A stretch of 29,796 nucleotides of DNA, taken from positions 65,459 through 95,254 of IMG/VR virus record IMGVR_UViG_2884693830_000001; one strand, written 5' to 3'. Positions within the stretch are counted from its first letter, which is position 1. Every line of letters starts with the position of its first letter. The DNA comes from a virus. Made by a program: the position numbers and the translations under genes. Positions 8,584-16,995 of the stretch are shown here, one piece after another. The notes beneath the pieces are model-generated. The model did not search any database. It saw nothing but the letters and a program-made list of their open reading frames with translations, and was not told the DNA's origin.

Positions 8584-11390
8584 GCGTGATCCTGCCCGCT
8601 GATCTGCCCCGGTACGGGCTGCGCCTGGTGGCGTACGAGCCCAACGGGGCGCGTCTGGGGCTCCTGCCGTTCCCGCTGTCATTCGAGGCCGCGGCCCCGC
8701 TGAACGACGTCGCCTCACTGCGGCTGGACTACTCGGCGCACGCAGCTGGGCAGGACCTGCTCGCGCAGCCGTGCGAGGTCGCGCTGGAGTACCTGGCGGG
8801 CGGCGACTGGGTTGAGCCGCCCGACGCCCGGTTCCTGCGCATCAAGCGCGGCTCCGACGTGACCGACCAGGCCAGGAAACAGAGCTACACCTGCCCCGGC
8901 TACGCGTGGCAGTTCAAGAAGGCCGTCCTGTACCCGAACGGCACGCTGGTCGACGGGAAACGGCAGTTCAACGCCGTGTCGCCGGGAGCGATCCTGCGGA
9001 CCCTCATCGACGAGGCGAAGGCCCGGAGCGCGCTGGACGGCATGACCGCCGACTTCACCAGCAGCACCGACAGCAACGGCCAGGAGTGGGCGGCCACCCT
9101 GACGATCGCGCTGGAGCCGGGCGTTGACCTGCTGACGCTGCTGCTCAACCTCAGCGATCAGGGCGTGATCGACTGGCGGATGCGCGGCCGCGCCCTGGAG
9201 GTGTTCAACGAGGGCACCGTGATGGCCGTGGACAGGGCGGCTGGCCCGGGTCTGGTGGATCTGCGGCTGGGCCGCGACGTTGACCAGGCCCCGGATGACG
9301 CCACCCTGGAGGACCTCTCTACCGCGATCTTTATCGCTGGCGAGAACGGGTTCACCCATGAGATCGCCAACGACCCCTCCGCGTCGCCGTGGGGCCGCTG
9401 GGAGACCTACCAGCAGCAGGGTGGGGTGTCGGACGCGGGGACGGCCGCCGCGCTCGGACAGGCCGCTCTGGACCGCGCATCTGGGGAGCGGGTGCAGATC
9501 ACCCGCGCCGTGGTGTTCGACGCAGCGCGGTGGCTGCCGTGGGCCGACTACGCGCCCGGGGACACGGTGCTCGCGCCGGGCGACGGCGGCCGGATGGAGC
9601 CGCTGCGGATCAGGCAGATCACGCTGTCCCGGGCGGGCGACGCCAAGCTGTCCGGCAACCTCGTGCTGAACGATCGGTTCCTGGAAAACGACATCAAACT
9701 TGCCCGCCGGACCGCTGGCATTCTCGCGGGCGGGGTCTCCTCGGGCGGGTCCGGCGCGACGCCGGCGCCGGACTCCAGCGGCCGTGTCCCGGCCGCGCCG
9801 CCGGGCCTGATCGTGGAGCCGGACGCGTATCTGGACGCGGGCGGGTACGCGCGAGGCATTGCGGTGGTGACGTGGGGTCCGGTCACGCAGGACGTGAATG
9901 GGGTGGCGCTCGACGTCGACGGCTACGAGGTGTACGCCCGCCAGAACGCGGAGGGCGAGCTGTGGTTCCTGGTCGCGCAGACCGCGTCCGGCGACATCTC
10001 GGCCAGCGTGTCGCCCCTGAACGTGGAGTGGGAGTACGCGTTCAAGGTGCGCGCGGTCGGTAACGACGGCACGAAGGGCGAGTTCTGCCCGCCGGTGGCC
10101 GTGCTCATCCCGAACGACACCACGCCGCCGCCGGTGCCGTCCGCGCCGACGCTGACGACCCGGTTGGGCGTGATCCACGTCGTGTGGGACGGGCTCGGCG
10201 CGGGCGGCGTGCCGATGCCGATCGACTTCGACCGGGTCCGCGTGTGGATGCAGGACCCGCTCGACCCGGGCACGCCTGCGGCCGAGGTCGACTATCTGAC
10301 GGCGGCCGGCGTTGTGGTGATTCCGGATCAGCCGTACAACGCGCCTCGCGAGGTGTGGCTGACGGCGGTCGACCACAGCGGAAACGAATCGGTGCCGACA
10401 GCAGCCGGGGTGATCGCCACGGTGCCGCTGGTGGACGCGGATCTGATCGGTCAGGTGATCGACGGGGCCGAGCACATCATCGACGGGACGATCCCCGGCG
10501 ACGCGAAGATCACCGCCGACTCGATCACTGGCAGGTTGATCCGCGCGTTGGCGATCGAGGCCGACAAGATCGCCGCGAATGCGATCACGGCGGACAAGGT
10601 GGCCGCGGGCGCGATCGAGGCAAGCCACATCAGCGCGAACGCGATCACCGCTGACAAGATCGCCGCGAACGCCATCACGGCTGCGAAGATCGCCGCCAAT
10701 GCGATCAACGGCAAGACCATCACAGGCTCGATCATCCGGACGGGCACGACCGGGCAGCGGATCGTCATCGACCCCAGCACCTTGGATATCAGGTTCTACC
10801 CGGACGGCAACTCCAACTACAGCCGCCTGTGGACGTCGGACGACGACTTCGCCGGTGAGGCGACCTTCCGCATCACCAGCGGCACGAACCCGAGCCAGAC
10901 CGCGCGGACGTTCCTCACCGTGGCGGCGGGATGGACGAAGCTGGAGGTCCTGGACCCGTTCACCTCCGACCCGAACGGCGGGTTCCTGGAGTCCGCCGAA
11001 GATTACTCGCGGATCGGCTACGACGACGGCACGTCCGACAACCAGTACATGTGGTTCGACGCTTCCGGCATGACCACGCACTACGGCAAATGGTGGGACA
11101 ACGCATTCGCGTCGTCCACGTGGGGCGTGCACGCCGGGTCGCGGATCGCCAGCGAGGGCTGGACCGGGGTGGAGATCATCTACGGGCCCACGATGCAGGG
11201 AAACATGGGCCCGGTCGCCGTGCTGAGGGACGGCGCGATGACGGAGAACCCTGACCTGCGCCCCAACTTCTACTGGGCCATCGAGTTCTCCACGCAGTCG
11301 TCATTCCTGATCTCGTGGTCGGACGGCGGCGGTGTGCGCAGCGGTAAGGCCGTCTACTGGTGGGCGCATCGACACAACGGGAGTGCATGA
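8580..11390 (+). CDS. Tail tip hub/fibre protein B (936 aa)
   Basis: Colinear paralogue of 4963..7692 (RLVAYEPNGARLGLLP, PWGRWE, VLNDRFLE, RVRVWMQDPLDPG); longer ITADKI repeat tract; different C-terminus. Confidence 0.82.
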   Translation: MSVILPADLPRYGLRLVAYEPNGARLGLLPFPLSFEAAAPLNDVASLRLDYSAHAAGQDLLAQPCEVALEYLAGGDWVEPPDARFLRIKRGSDVTDQARKQSYTCPGYAWQFKKAVLYPNGTLVDGKRQFNAVSPGAILRTLIDEAKARSALDGMTADFTSSTDSNGQEWAATLTIALEPGVDLLTLLLNLSDQGVIDWRMRGRALEVFNEGTVMAVDRAAGPGLVDLRLGRDVDQAPDDATLEDLSTAIFIAGENGFTHEIANDPSASPWGRWETYQQQGGVSDAGTAAALGQAALDRASGERVQITRAVVFDAARWLPWADYAPGDTVLAPGDGGRMEPLRIRQITLSRAGDAKLSGNLVLNDRFLENDIKLARRTAGILAGGVSSGGSGATPAPDSSGRVPAAPPGLIVEPDAYLDAGGYARGIAVVTWGPVTQDVNGVALDVDGYEVYARQNAEGELWFLVAQTASGDISASVSPLNVEWEYAFKVRAVGNDGTKGEFCPPVAVLIPNDTTPPPVPSAPTLTTRLGVIHVVWDGLGAGGVPMPIDFDRVRVWMQDPLDPGTPAAEVDYLTAAGVVVIPDQPYNAPREVWLTAVDHSGNESVPTAAGVIATVPLVDADLIGQVIDGAEHIIDGTIPGDAKITADSITGRLIRALAIEADKIAANAITADKVAAGAIEASHISANAITADKIAANAITAAKIAANAINGKTITGSIIRTGTTGQRIVIDPSTLDIRFYPDGNSNYSRLWTSDDDFAGEATFRITSGTNPSQTARTFLTVAAGWTKLEVLDPFTSDPNGGFLESAEDYSRIGYDDGTSDNQYMWFDASGMTTHYGKWWDNAFASSTWGVHAGSRIASEGWTGVEIIYGPTMQGNMGPVAVLRDGAMTENPDLRPNFYWAIEFSTQSSFLISWSDGGGVRSGKAVYWWAHRHNGSA

Positions 11391-12049
11391 TGCCTTTGAC
11401 CTGGACAATCTGGGACGCTGAATTGTCGTACGGTCCCGTGTACTTCGCGCAGAAGGACGCCGTTCGCGCCAATCCGCTGGGCGCTGAGCCTCTGTGGGGT
11501 GTCGCGGTCGTCAAGACGGACGGCTCCCGGTTCCTGAAGACGTTCCCCCACTCCACGCTGGAGTGGCGTGCCGCCGAGTACGGCATCGACCCGGACGACA
11601 AGGACACCCTGCTCGACGTGATCCTGCACGAGAGCTACATCCCGCGCGAGGACGACCCGCTCACCCGCATGGACCCCGCGTCGGCGAAGGTCCTGTCTGC
11701 GACGCGCGGCACGCCCGACTGCTGGACACCCGGCGTCTCGGACAAGGACCGGTTGGACGCGCATCTGAACCGGATCGCCGCGGTGAAGAAGTACCGCGTG
11801 CGGCTGGATCCCGCCAGCGTGGCCGACCGGCAGGGCGCTCTCACGTACGTGGGGTCGCGCCGGATCGCGCCGGCCGACCCGCTAGACCCGATCCGGGCGG
11901 CTCAGCTCGACCCGATCCGGGTGGAGGCGCGCAGGCTGGCAGTGGAGTGGGCACGTTCGGCGGGGACGATGCAGGAGCCCAACTTCCTGTTCAAGCCGCC
12001 GGACGCGCTCATGGGCATGCCGACCGAGATGGGCGCCGCGACGGTATGA
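11387..12049 (+). CDS. Tail-associated hypothetical protein B (RAAEYG...LDVILH motif)
   Basis: ATGA overlap with fibre B stop; paralogue of 8077..8583. Confidence 0.75.
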   Translation: MMPLTWTIWDAELSYGPVYFAQKDAVRANPLGAEPLWGVAVVKTDGSRFLKTFPHSTLEWRAAEYGIDPDDKDTLLDVILHESYIPREDDPLTRMDPASAKVLSATRGTPDCWTPGVSDKDRLDAHLNRIAAVKKYRVRLDPASVADRQGALTYVGSRRIAPADPLDPIRAAQLDPIRVEARRLAVEWARSAGTMQEPNFLFKPPDALMGMPTEMGAATV

Positions 12050-12387
12050 GCGAGGAGGAGGCCCCGAATCTGGCGCTGTCGCTGGCCGAGCTGCGCCGCC
12101 TGGTCGAGGTGGGGTTCGAGCGCACCAACGGCAGCACAGCGCTGATCCTGCAGCGACTTGACCAGGTGGATGACCGGCACAACGAGCTGGCCAAGCGGGT
12201 CGAGCAGGACCGCGCCGCCGCCGACGCCCGGTATGTCGCATTGGAGGCCCGGCTGGACGTGGTGGAGCGGGAGGCGGTAACCCGCACACAGCTCACCGAG
12301 CGGACCCGGCAGATCATCGCCGTCGTCACCGTCCTGGTTGCCGTGGCGGGCGCGGTGATTGCGCTGATCCAGCTCACGCGCGGCTAA
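12046..12387 (+). CDS. Coiled-coil membrane protein of the lysis cassette (113 aa)
   Basis: ATGA coupling; coiled coil followed by one C-terminal TM helix; lies directly before the endolysin. Confidence 0.75.
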   Translation: MSEEEAPNLALSLAELRRLVEVGFERTNGSTALILQRLDQVDDRHNELAKRVEQDRAAADARYVALEARLDVVEREAVTRTQLTERTRQIIAVVTVLVAVAGAVIALIQLTRG

Positions 12388-12428
12388 CCGGCCACTCCTT
12401 TCCATCGACGAACCCAAGGGGGATCACC

Positions 12429-13391
12429 ATGCCATGGCTGACACAGCTCGCTTCGGTTGCGCGGAGAACGGGCTTCCCTGTGACGGAGGTCGGCGGGTGG
12501 AAGAGCCGCGGCCACGGGCAGCAGCCCTCCGTCGAGGGCGTGGTCTGCCACCACACCGCCGGGTGGAATGACCGGCGCGTCGTGGTGAACGGCCGCCCGG
12601 GGCTCGACGGGCCGCTGTCGCATTTCTGGCTGCAGCACACCGGCCGGATCTGGGTCGTCGCCGCCGGCCGGTGCTGGCACAACGCGCCGTCGACCAGCCC
12701 GCACCATATGAACTCCACGTCCATCGGCATCGAGGCCGAAAACGACGGCCGCTCGCCCTGGCCGCAGATACAGCTCGACGCCTATTACGCGCTGTGCGCT
12801 GAGCTGTGCTGCGAATTCGACCTGCCCGAGGACAGGGTGAAGGGCCACAAGGAGGTCAACCGGCAGAAGCCGGACCCGCACTCGATCAACATGAACTCGT
12901 TCCGGTCGCGGGTGGCCGCGCTGATCAAGAACCCCGGAACCCCGACCAAGCAGGAGGACGACGTGCCCGAGGTGATCTCCCTGGGAGCCGGTGAGGACCA
13001 GAACGTGCCCGCCGGCGGCGAGGTGGCGGTGCGCTGGCACACGGAGTACGCCGACGACCCGCCCGCGCACAACGTGGACGGCGTCGCGGTCCTGGCGAAG
13101 TCTGCGCGCTGGTGCATCGTGGACGGCCTGATCAAGGTGCGCGGCCTGAAGCCGGGCAGTGAGATCGACGTGGCGTGGTCGCGGTACGACCGCGACGGCA
13201 AGCAGCACGAGGACGACGCCTGGCGGCTGTCGTTCCGCGCCGACATCAACGGTCGCGTCGAGCAGAGTATCGGCGGCCAGTTCGCGCTCAACAGCAAGAA
13301 CCAGCTCCGGCTCCGGGTGATCAACCCGACCGACGCCGCGGCGGTCGTCGAGCGGGTGTCGATGGCCAAGATCTCCATGTTCAACCGCTAG
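12429..13391 (+). CDS. Endolysin 1, N-acetylmuramoyl-L-alanine amidase (Amidase_2) with a beta-rich C-terminal domain
   Basis: GWKSRGH, CHHTA, SIGIEAEN and GHKE...KPDP zinc-amidase motifs. Confidence 0.9.
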   Translation: MPWLTQLASVARRTGFPVTEVGGWKSRGHGQQPSVEGVVCHHTAGWNDRRVVVNGRPGLDGPLSHFWLQHTGRIWVVAAGRCWHNAPSTSPHHMNSTSIGIEAENDGRSPWPQIQLDAYYALCAELCCEFDLPEDRVKGHKEVNRQKPDPHSINMNSFRSRVAALIKNPGTPTKQEDDVPEVISLGAGEDQNVPAGGEVAVRWHTEYADDPPAHNVDGVAVLAKSARWCIVDGLIKVRGLKPGSEIDVAWSRYDRDGKQHEDDAWRLSFRADINGRVEQSIGGQFALNSKNQLRLRVINPTDAAAVVERVSMAKISMFNR

Positions 13392-13404
13392 AAGGGCGGT
13401 ACCC

Positions 13405-14217
13405 GTGAGCATCCGACTCATCAGCCGCCGCACGTGGGGAGCAGAGACCCCCACGGCGACCTACACCAGCATCCCCGGCACCGAGGGCGTGAAGATCCAC
13501 TACACGCGCGGGCACGTCGACCCGGAGATCGTGACCAACCACGAGCTGTGCGGCAAGCTGGTCAAGGCGATCCAGGCCGAGCACATGGCCGGTGCGCGTG
13601 ACGAGCCGCGCGTCGATATCGGCTACAACGTGATCTGCTGTCCGCACCGCCGCGTGTTCGTCGGCCGCGGGCTGTACGCGCTGCCGGCCGCCAACGGGCA
13701 GGGACAGAACACGGCACACTACGCCGTCCTGGCCCTGGTCGGCAGCTCCGGCTTTACGGAGCCGAACGACCTGCTGCTGCACGGCATCCGCGACGCGATT
13801 GACTACCTGCGCGCCAACGGCAACGCGGGCAGCGACATCAAGGGGCACCGGGACGGCTCCGACACGCCCTGCCCTGGAGCACCGCTGTCCGCCTGGGTGG
13901 AGCAGGGCGCGCCGCGGCCGCCGTCCCCGCCCGCGACGCCGGTCCCGTTCGTTCAGCCCACCCCGAAGACTACGGAGGCCCTCGTGAAGAACCTGCCTGT
14001 CCTGAAGCCCGGCGACTCGCACCGGCACGTGAAGACCATGCGTGCCGTGCTGTTCGCGCGCGGGTACGAGCCCGCGAACCTGCACAGCTCGACCTACGAC
14101 CCGAACGAGGCCGACTTGGTCGAGAAGGTCAAGCAGTTCAAGTCGGCGCACAAGATCCCGTCCGGCGCGGACCCACTGGTGTGGGACGCCGCCTGCTGGG
14201 AGGCCGCACTCACCTGA
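13405..14217 (+). CDS. Endolysin 2, PGRP/T7-lysozyme-like amidase with a C-terminal peptidoglycan-binding-like domain
   Basis: ISRRTWGA, IHYT, DIGYN, GRG, GHRD...TPCPG; C-terminal LPVLKPGD...VKQFKSAHKI...CWEAAL. Confidence 0.88.
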   Translation: MSIRLISRRTWGAETPTATYTSIPGTEGVKIHYTRGHVDPEIVTNHELCGKLVKAIQAEHMAGARDEPRVDIGYNVICCPHRRVFVGRGLYALPAANGQGQNTAHYAVLALVGSSGFTEPNDLLLHGIRDAIDYLRANGNAGSDIKGHRDGSDTPCPGAPLSAWVEQGAPRPPSPPATPVPFVQPTPKTTEALVKNLPVLKPGDSHRHVKTMRAVLFARGYEPANLHSSTYDPNEADLVEKVKQFKSAHKIPSGADPLVWDAACWEAALT

Positions 14218-14218
14218 C

Positions 14219-14236
14219 GCAAGCGATACCGCTTGC
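14219..14236. repeat. Dispersed 18-bp palindrome copy GCAAGC-GATACC-GCTTGC
   Basis: Perfect arms; between endolysin 2 and holin. Confidence 0.75.
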
Positions 14237-14287
14237 GCCTGTCCATCGTCCCGCCGTAGTGGCGGGCCTGTCCCTAAGGAGGGGCAC

Positions 14288-14545
14288 ATGCATGCTGACC
14301 CGGAGCCCACGTACACCCGCCCGGTCGAGACCAAGGTCAAGGCCATGACCCTGACCGCCTACCTGTCCGGCGTGGCCGGCATGGCGGTCCTGCAGACGGT
14401 CGCCGACAACCCGTCGATGATCTCGTTCCTCCCCGACTGGGTGGAGGCCATCATCCTGCCGCTGGTGCCGACCGCGCTGGCGGCTGTCGCTGGTTGGAAG
14501 GCCCGGCACACGCCTCGGCCGGACCTGCCTGACTCGCAGCGGTAG
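14288..14545 (+). CDS. Holin (85 aa)
   Basis: RBS AAGGAGG; PVETKVKA...two TM segments...GWKARHTPR, typical of actinophage holins. Confidence 0.8.
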   Translation: MHADPEPTYTRPVETKVKAMTLTAYLSGVAGMAVLQTVADNPSMISFLPDWVEAIILPLVPTALAAVAGWKARHTPRPDLPDSQR

Positions 14546-14562
14546 CACTGCTCCAACGGGAA

Positions 14563-14594
14563 CGCCCCGCTCCTCCTTCGGGAGGGGCGGGGCG
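14563..14594. terminator. Intrinsic terminator at the end of the late operon, between convergent genes
   Basis: CGCCCCGCTCCTCC-TTCG-GGAGGGGCGGGGCG: 14-bp stem (one G:U), UUCG loop, followed by ATTTCT. Confidence 0.85.
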
Positions 14595-14612
14595 ATTTCT
14601 GCGTTTCAGCAG

Positions 14613-14804
14613 CTAGTTGCCGCCCGCTTCGGCTGTCTTCTTCCGTGCGCCGCCGCGCGGCCGGAGAGTGACGTCGGCGTCGGTGAGGATCCGGTGGACG
14701 TACCCGTAGCTCTTGCCGACTGCCTCGGCGGTGAGGCGGACGCTCAAGCCGTCGCTGTACTTGCGGATGATCTCGGCATGGAGGTCGTCTGTGCTCTGTG
14801 TCAT
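14613..14804 (-). CDS. Small helix-turn-helix protein (63 aa)
   Basis: YSDGLSVRLTAEAVGKSYGYVHRILTDADVTLRPRGG, an actinobacterial small HTH pattern; RBS GGGGAG. Confidence 0.85.
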   Translation of the reverse strand: MTQSTDDLHAEIIRKYSDGLSVRLTAEAVGKSYGYVHRILTDADVTLRPRGGARKKTAEAGGN

Positions 14805-14844
14805 GGGATCTCCCCGGTAGGGCGTGTGATCGCTCCATACTGCC

Positions 14845-14862
14845 GCAAGCTGTACAGCTAGC
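14845..14862. promoter_or_regulatory. Dispersed 18-bp palindrome copy GCAAGC-TGTACA-GCTAGC overlapping the putative promoter of the small HTH gene
   Basis: Immediately upstream of a CAGTAT -10-like hexamer (minus strand 14837-14842). Confidence 0.7.
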
Positions 14863-14874
14863 ATAATGGGCCTC

Positions 14875-14899
14875 GACGCTGGGGGAGACCCCCAGCGTC
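14875..14899. terminator. Hairpin, probable terminator of the upstream minus-strand genes
   Basis: Perfect 11-bp inverted repeat GACGCTGGGGG-AGA-CCCCCAGCGTC just past the stop at 14921. Confidence 0.6.
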
Positions 14900-14920
14900 T
14901 TAGCCCCCTCGGGGAACCCG

Positions 14921-15571
14921 CTACACGAGCACGGGCTGCATCCCGTGCAGCTCGACCACCTGAGCGGCGGCCAGCGCGTACGGGTGGTGAGTGTAGTCGT
15001 CCCAGGCGACGAACATATTGTGTCCGAAGGGTTCGAGATTGCGCAGGACTCCTGGCCGGTACAGGTCGGCAAGAACCCCGGCAGGCGTAACGTAGCCCAC
15101 CCGATAGACGGCGAAGTCCTCACGCAGCATCGGGCACTCCTGCAGCGCCTTCGGGATGCAATCGCGGCAGGTGGGCGGGCTGTTGGTGCGGCCGCTGTCC
15201 AGACCGGTGCGCTCGAAAACGGTTTTGGTGAGCGCCCACGATATGGTGCCCGACGTGTCGAAGGCAGGCCCGCCGCACACCTGGCACAGCAGCTTGTCCA
15301 TGCAACGCCACTGACGGCGCGTATTCAGCTTGCGCATCCGCTCCGGGCCGCGCCGGTCCGGCTTGTCGTGCAGGTCAAGGACCCGCGCCCGGAGGATCCC
15401 GCTTCCACCGCCCATCCCTCTCACGCCGCGCGAGGCTGTCACCCAGTCGCCGGGCTTGGACGGCATGTAAGAGAGTCGCACCCGACCGGCGTACGGCACG
15501 AAGCCGATCGGGTCGGTCACGATCTCATTCGCGTAGGCGATTGTGTAGGGAACGATCGTGTAGCCGCTCAT
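14921..15571 (-). CDS. Cys-rich hypothetical protein (RQWRCMDKLLCQVCG...PPTCRDC...CPML)
   Basis: Two CxxC pairs; resembles proteins recalled from actinomycete mobile elements; start chosen at ATG 15571. Confidence 0.75.
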   Translation of the reverse strand: MSGYTIVPYTIAYANEIVTDPIGFVPYAGRVRLSYMPSKPGDWVTASRGVRGMGGGSGILRARVLDLHDKPDRRGPERMRKLNTRRQWRCMDKLLCQVCGGPAFDTSGTISWALTKTVFERTGLDSGRTNSPPTCRDCIPKALQECPMLREDFAVYRVGYVTPAGVLADLYRPGVLRNLEPFGHNMFVAWDDYTHHPYALAAAQVVELHGMQPVLV

Positions 15572-15610
15572 GCGAGGCTGCCCGTCGTGAACGGCAACTC
15601 GCGAGAGGAG

Positions 15611-15749
15611 ACCCACACCCAGCAGGGGCGCGTGAGTGCGGCGGCACGACCCGAAGCGATGGTGTGGGTGTCGTGCCGCCGCTTCCGCGCGAAGGCTTCG
15701 CGCGGCGGCATAACGGCGGGCGGCTGGGAAGGATGGCCGCCGTTATGCC
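15611..15749. other. Multi-hairpin structured segment (candidate structured RNA or ssDNA signal)
   Basis: Perfect inverted repeats 15638-50/15670-82, 15685-94/15696-705 and 15707-19/15737-49; 15611-19 is complementary to 15661-69. Confidence 0.55.
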
Positions 15750-15770
15750 TTTCTGGGAGGCCGGGACGCG

Positions 15771-16046
15771 TCATGATTCCGATCCCAAGCTGTAGGCGAT
15801 GCGGATTGCTGGCGCGACGACGTACCTCAGGTGCCTCAGGGACAACCCGGTGACCGTACGGCCGCTGCAGTGGACGGCCTTCCAGGTTCCATCTGGCTGC
15901 TGGGAGACGTCGCAGAACTCAGGGATATCGATCCCACCGTTCAATTCGGCCTGCCGACGCCGCGTCACGGCAGCGCCGCCAGCAGACCTGCTCGTGGCGC
16001 CCGTGCGGGCGGGAGAAATGAGGGGTGCGGACCCGTGACTGTCCAT
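15771..16046 (-). CDS. Hypothetical protein (91 aa), probably leaderless
   Basis: TACCGT -10 hexamer 6 nt upstream of the ATG on the minus strand. Confidence 0.6.
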   Translation of the reverse strand: MDSHGSAPLISPARTGATSRSAGGAAVTRRRQAELNGGIDIPEFCDVSQQPDGTWKAVHCSGRTVTGLSLRHLRYVVAPAIRIAYSLGSES

Positions 16047-16085
16047 GCCTGGACGGTAAGAGCCGGTCTATTACCGCCTCAAGGC

Positions 16086-16104
16086 GATTGCTCGCCATTG
16101 CGCG
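16086..16104. promoter_or_regulatory. Putative XRE operator copy 1 (GATTGCTCGCCATTGCGCG)
   Basis: 16/19 identical to 17759..17777. Confidence 0.5.
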
Positions 16105-16122
16105 GCCACCGCTCGAAATTGC

Positions 16123-16995
16123 TCAGGATGGCTCGCCAAGATGCTCCTCAGGGAAGTGAGCAGCGGCTAAGTCGTCCAGCACATCGGTCATGAGGGCGCG
16201 TGCGGCCTTGCCGTAGACGGCGGCGTGCTGCATCAGGCCGAAGATCTTGGCGTAGAGGGCGATCTCCTCGGGCTGCGTCAGTGACAACTCGGCCGCGAAG
16301 GTCTCGACGGTCACCAGCTGAGTGCCGTAGATCCAGAATCCGTGCACGGGCGACTTAGGTAGGCGGGCCGAGAACGGGATTATGCCGAGCGCGACATTAG
16401 GGAGCGTGGCCGACGCGATCAACCGCTCGATCTGCCCCATCAGCACCTCAGGCGGGCACAGGAGGTTCCGGATCGCCGCTTCGGTGAGCACGAAGTGGAA
16501 GCGGTGGCCGGGCCGGTAGAGGATCTCTTGGCGCTCCATGCGCGCCATGAGGCCGTCTTCCAGGTCGTTGGTGACCTCGTGGACGGCGATCGACTGGGCC
16601 ATGATGTGCCGGGCGTACTCCCGGGTCTGGAACAGGCCAGGCACCGTGGCGGGCTCGAACCCCCGAACGAGATCCGTTTCCGCCTCGATGGAAGCGATCT
16701 GCCGTTGCCGGTCACGCGTCCCAGTCCGCAGCTGCCGCTGCCATGCGGCGTAGGCCAGCTCAAGGCCGCGAAGCTGAGCTATCACTGAGGGCTGCTGATC
16801 GGTGGCGTCGCAGGCGCCCAGCCACGCGCGGACATCGTCCTCTGTGGGGGTCTGCTTGCCCAACTCGATTCGGGAAACCTTGGTGGCCTGCCAGCGGAGC
16901 GTCTGCGCGAGCTGCTTGCCGTTCAGTCCGGCGTCTTTGCGCAGCTCGCGCAGACGTGCTCCTAAGGCTTCACGTGCCTGACGAGGGTTCGGCAA
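16123..16995 (-). CDS. XRE-family regulator with DUF5753-type C-terminal domain
   Basis: AREALGARLRELRKDAGL...KVSRIELGKQTP HTH; VPGLFQTREYA and RMERQ motifs; TTG start inferred. Confidence 0.88.
   Translation of the reverse strand: MPNPRQAREALGARLRELRKDAGLNGKQLAQTLRWQATKVSRIELGKQTPTEDDVRAWLGACDATDQQPSVIAQLRGLELAYAAWQRQLRTGTRDRQRQIASIEAETDLVRGFEPATVPGLFQTREYARHIMAQSIAVHEVTNDLEDGLMARMERQEILYRPGHRFHFVLTEAAIRNLLCPPEVLMGQIERLIASATLPNVALGIIPFSARLPKSPVHGFWIYGTQLVTVETFAAELSLTQPEEIALYAKIFGLMQHAAVYGKAARALMTDVLDDLAAAHFPEEHLGEPS

Noticed and set aside
4963-11390. DGR or invertase shufflon acting on the fibre genes
   Set aside because: No reverse transcriptase or recombinase in the window, no adenine-specific TR/VR pair noticed, and both genes are full length in the same orientation
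15568-15774. 68-aa minus-strand ORF coupled at both ends
   Set aside because: Not called as CDS: the sequence is dominated by inverted repeats and shows no protein-like features; it cannot be fully excluded
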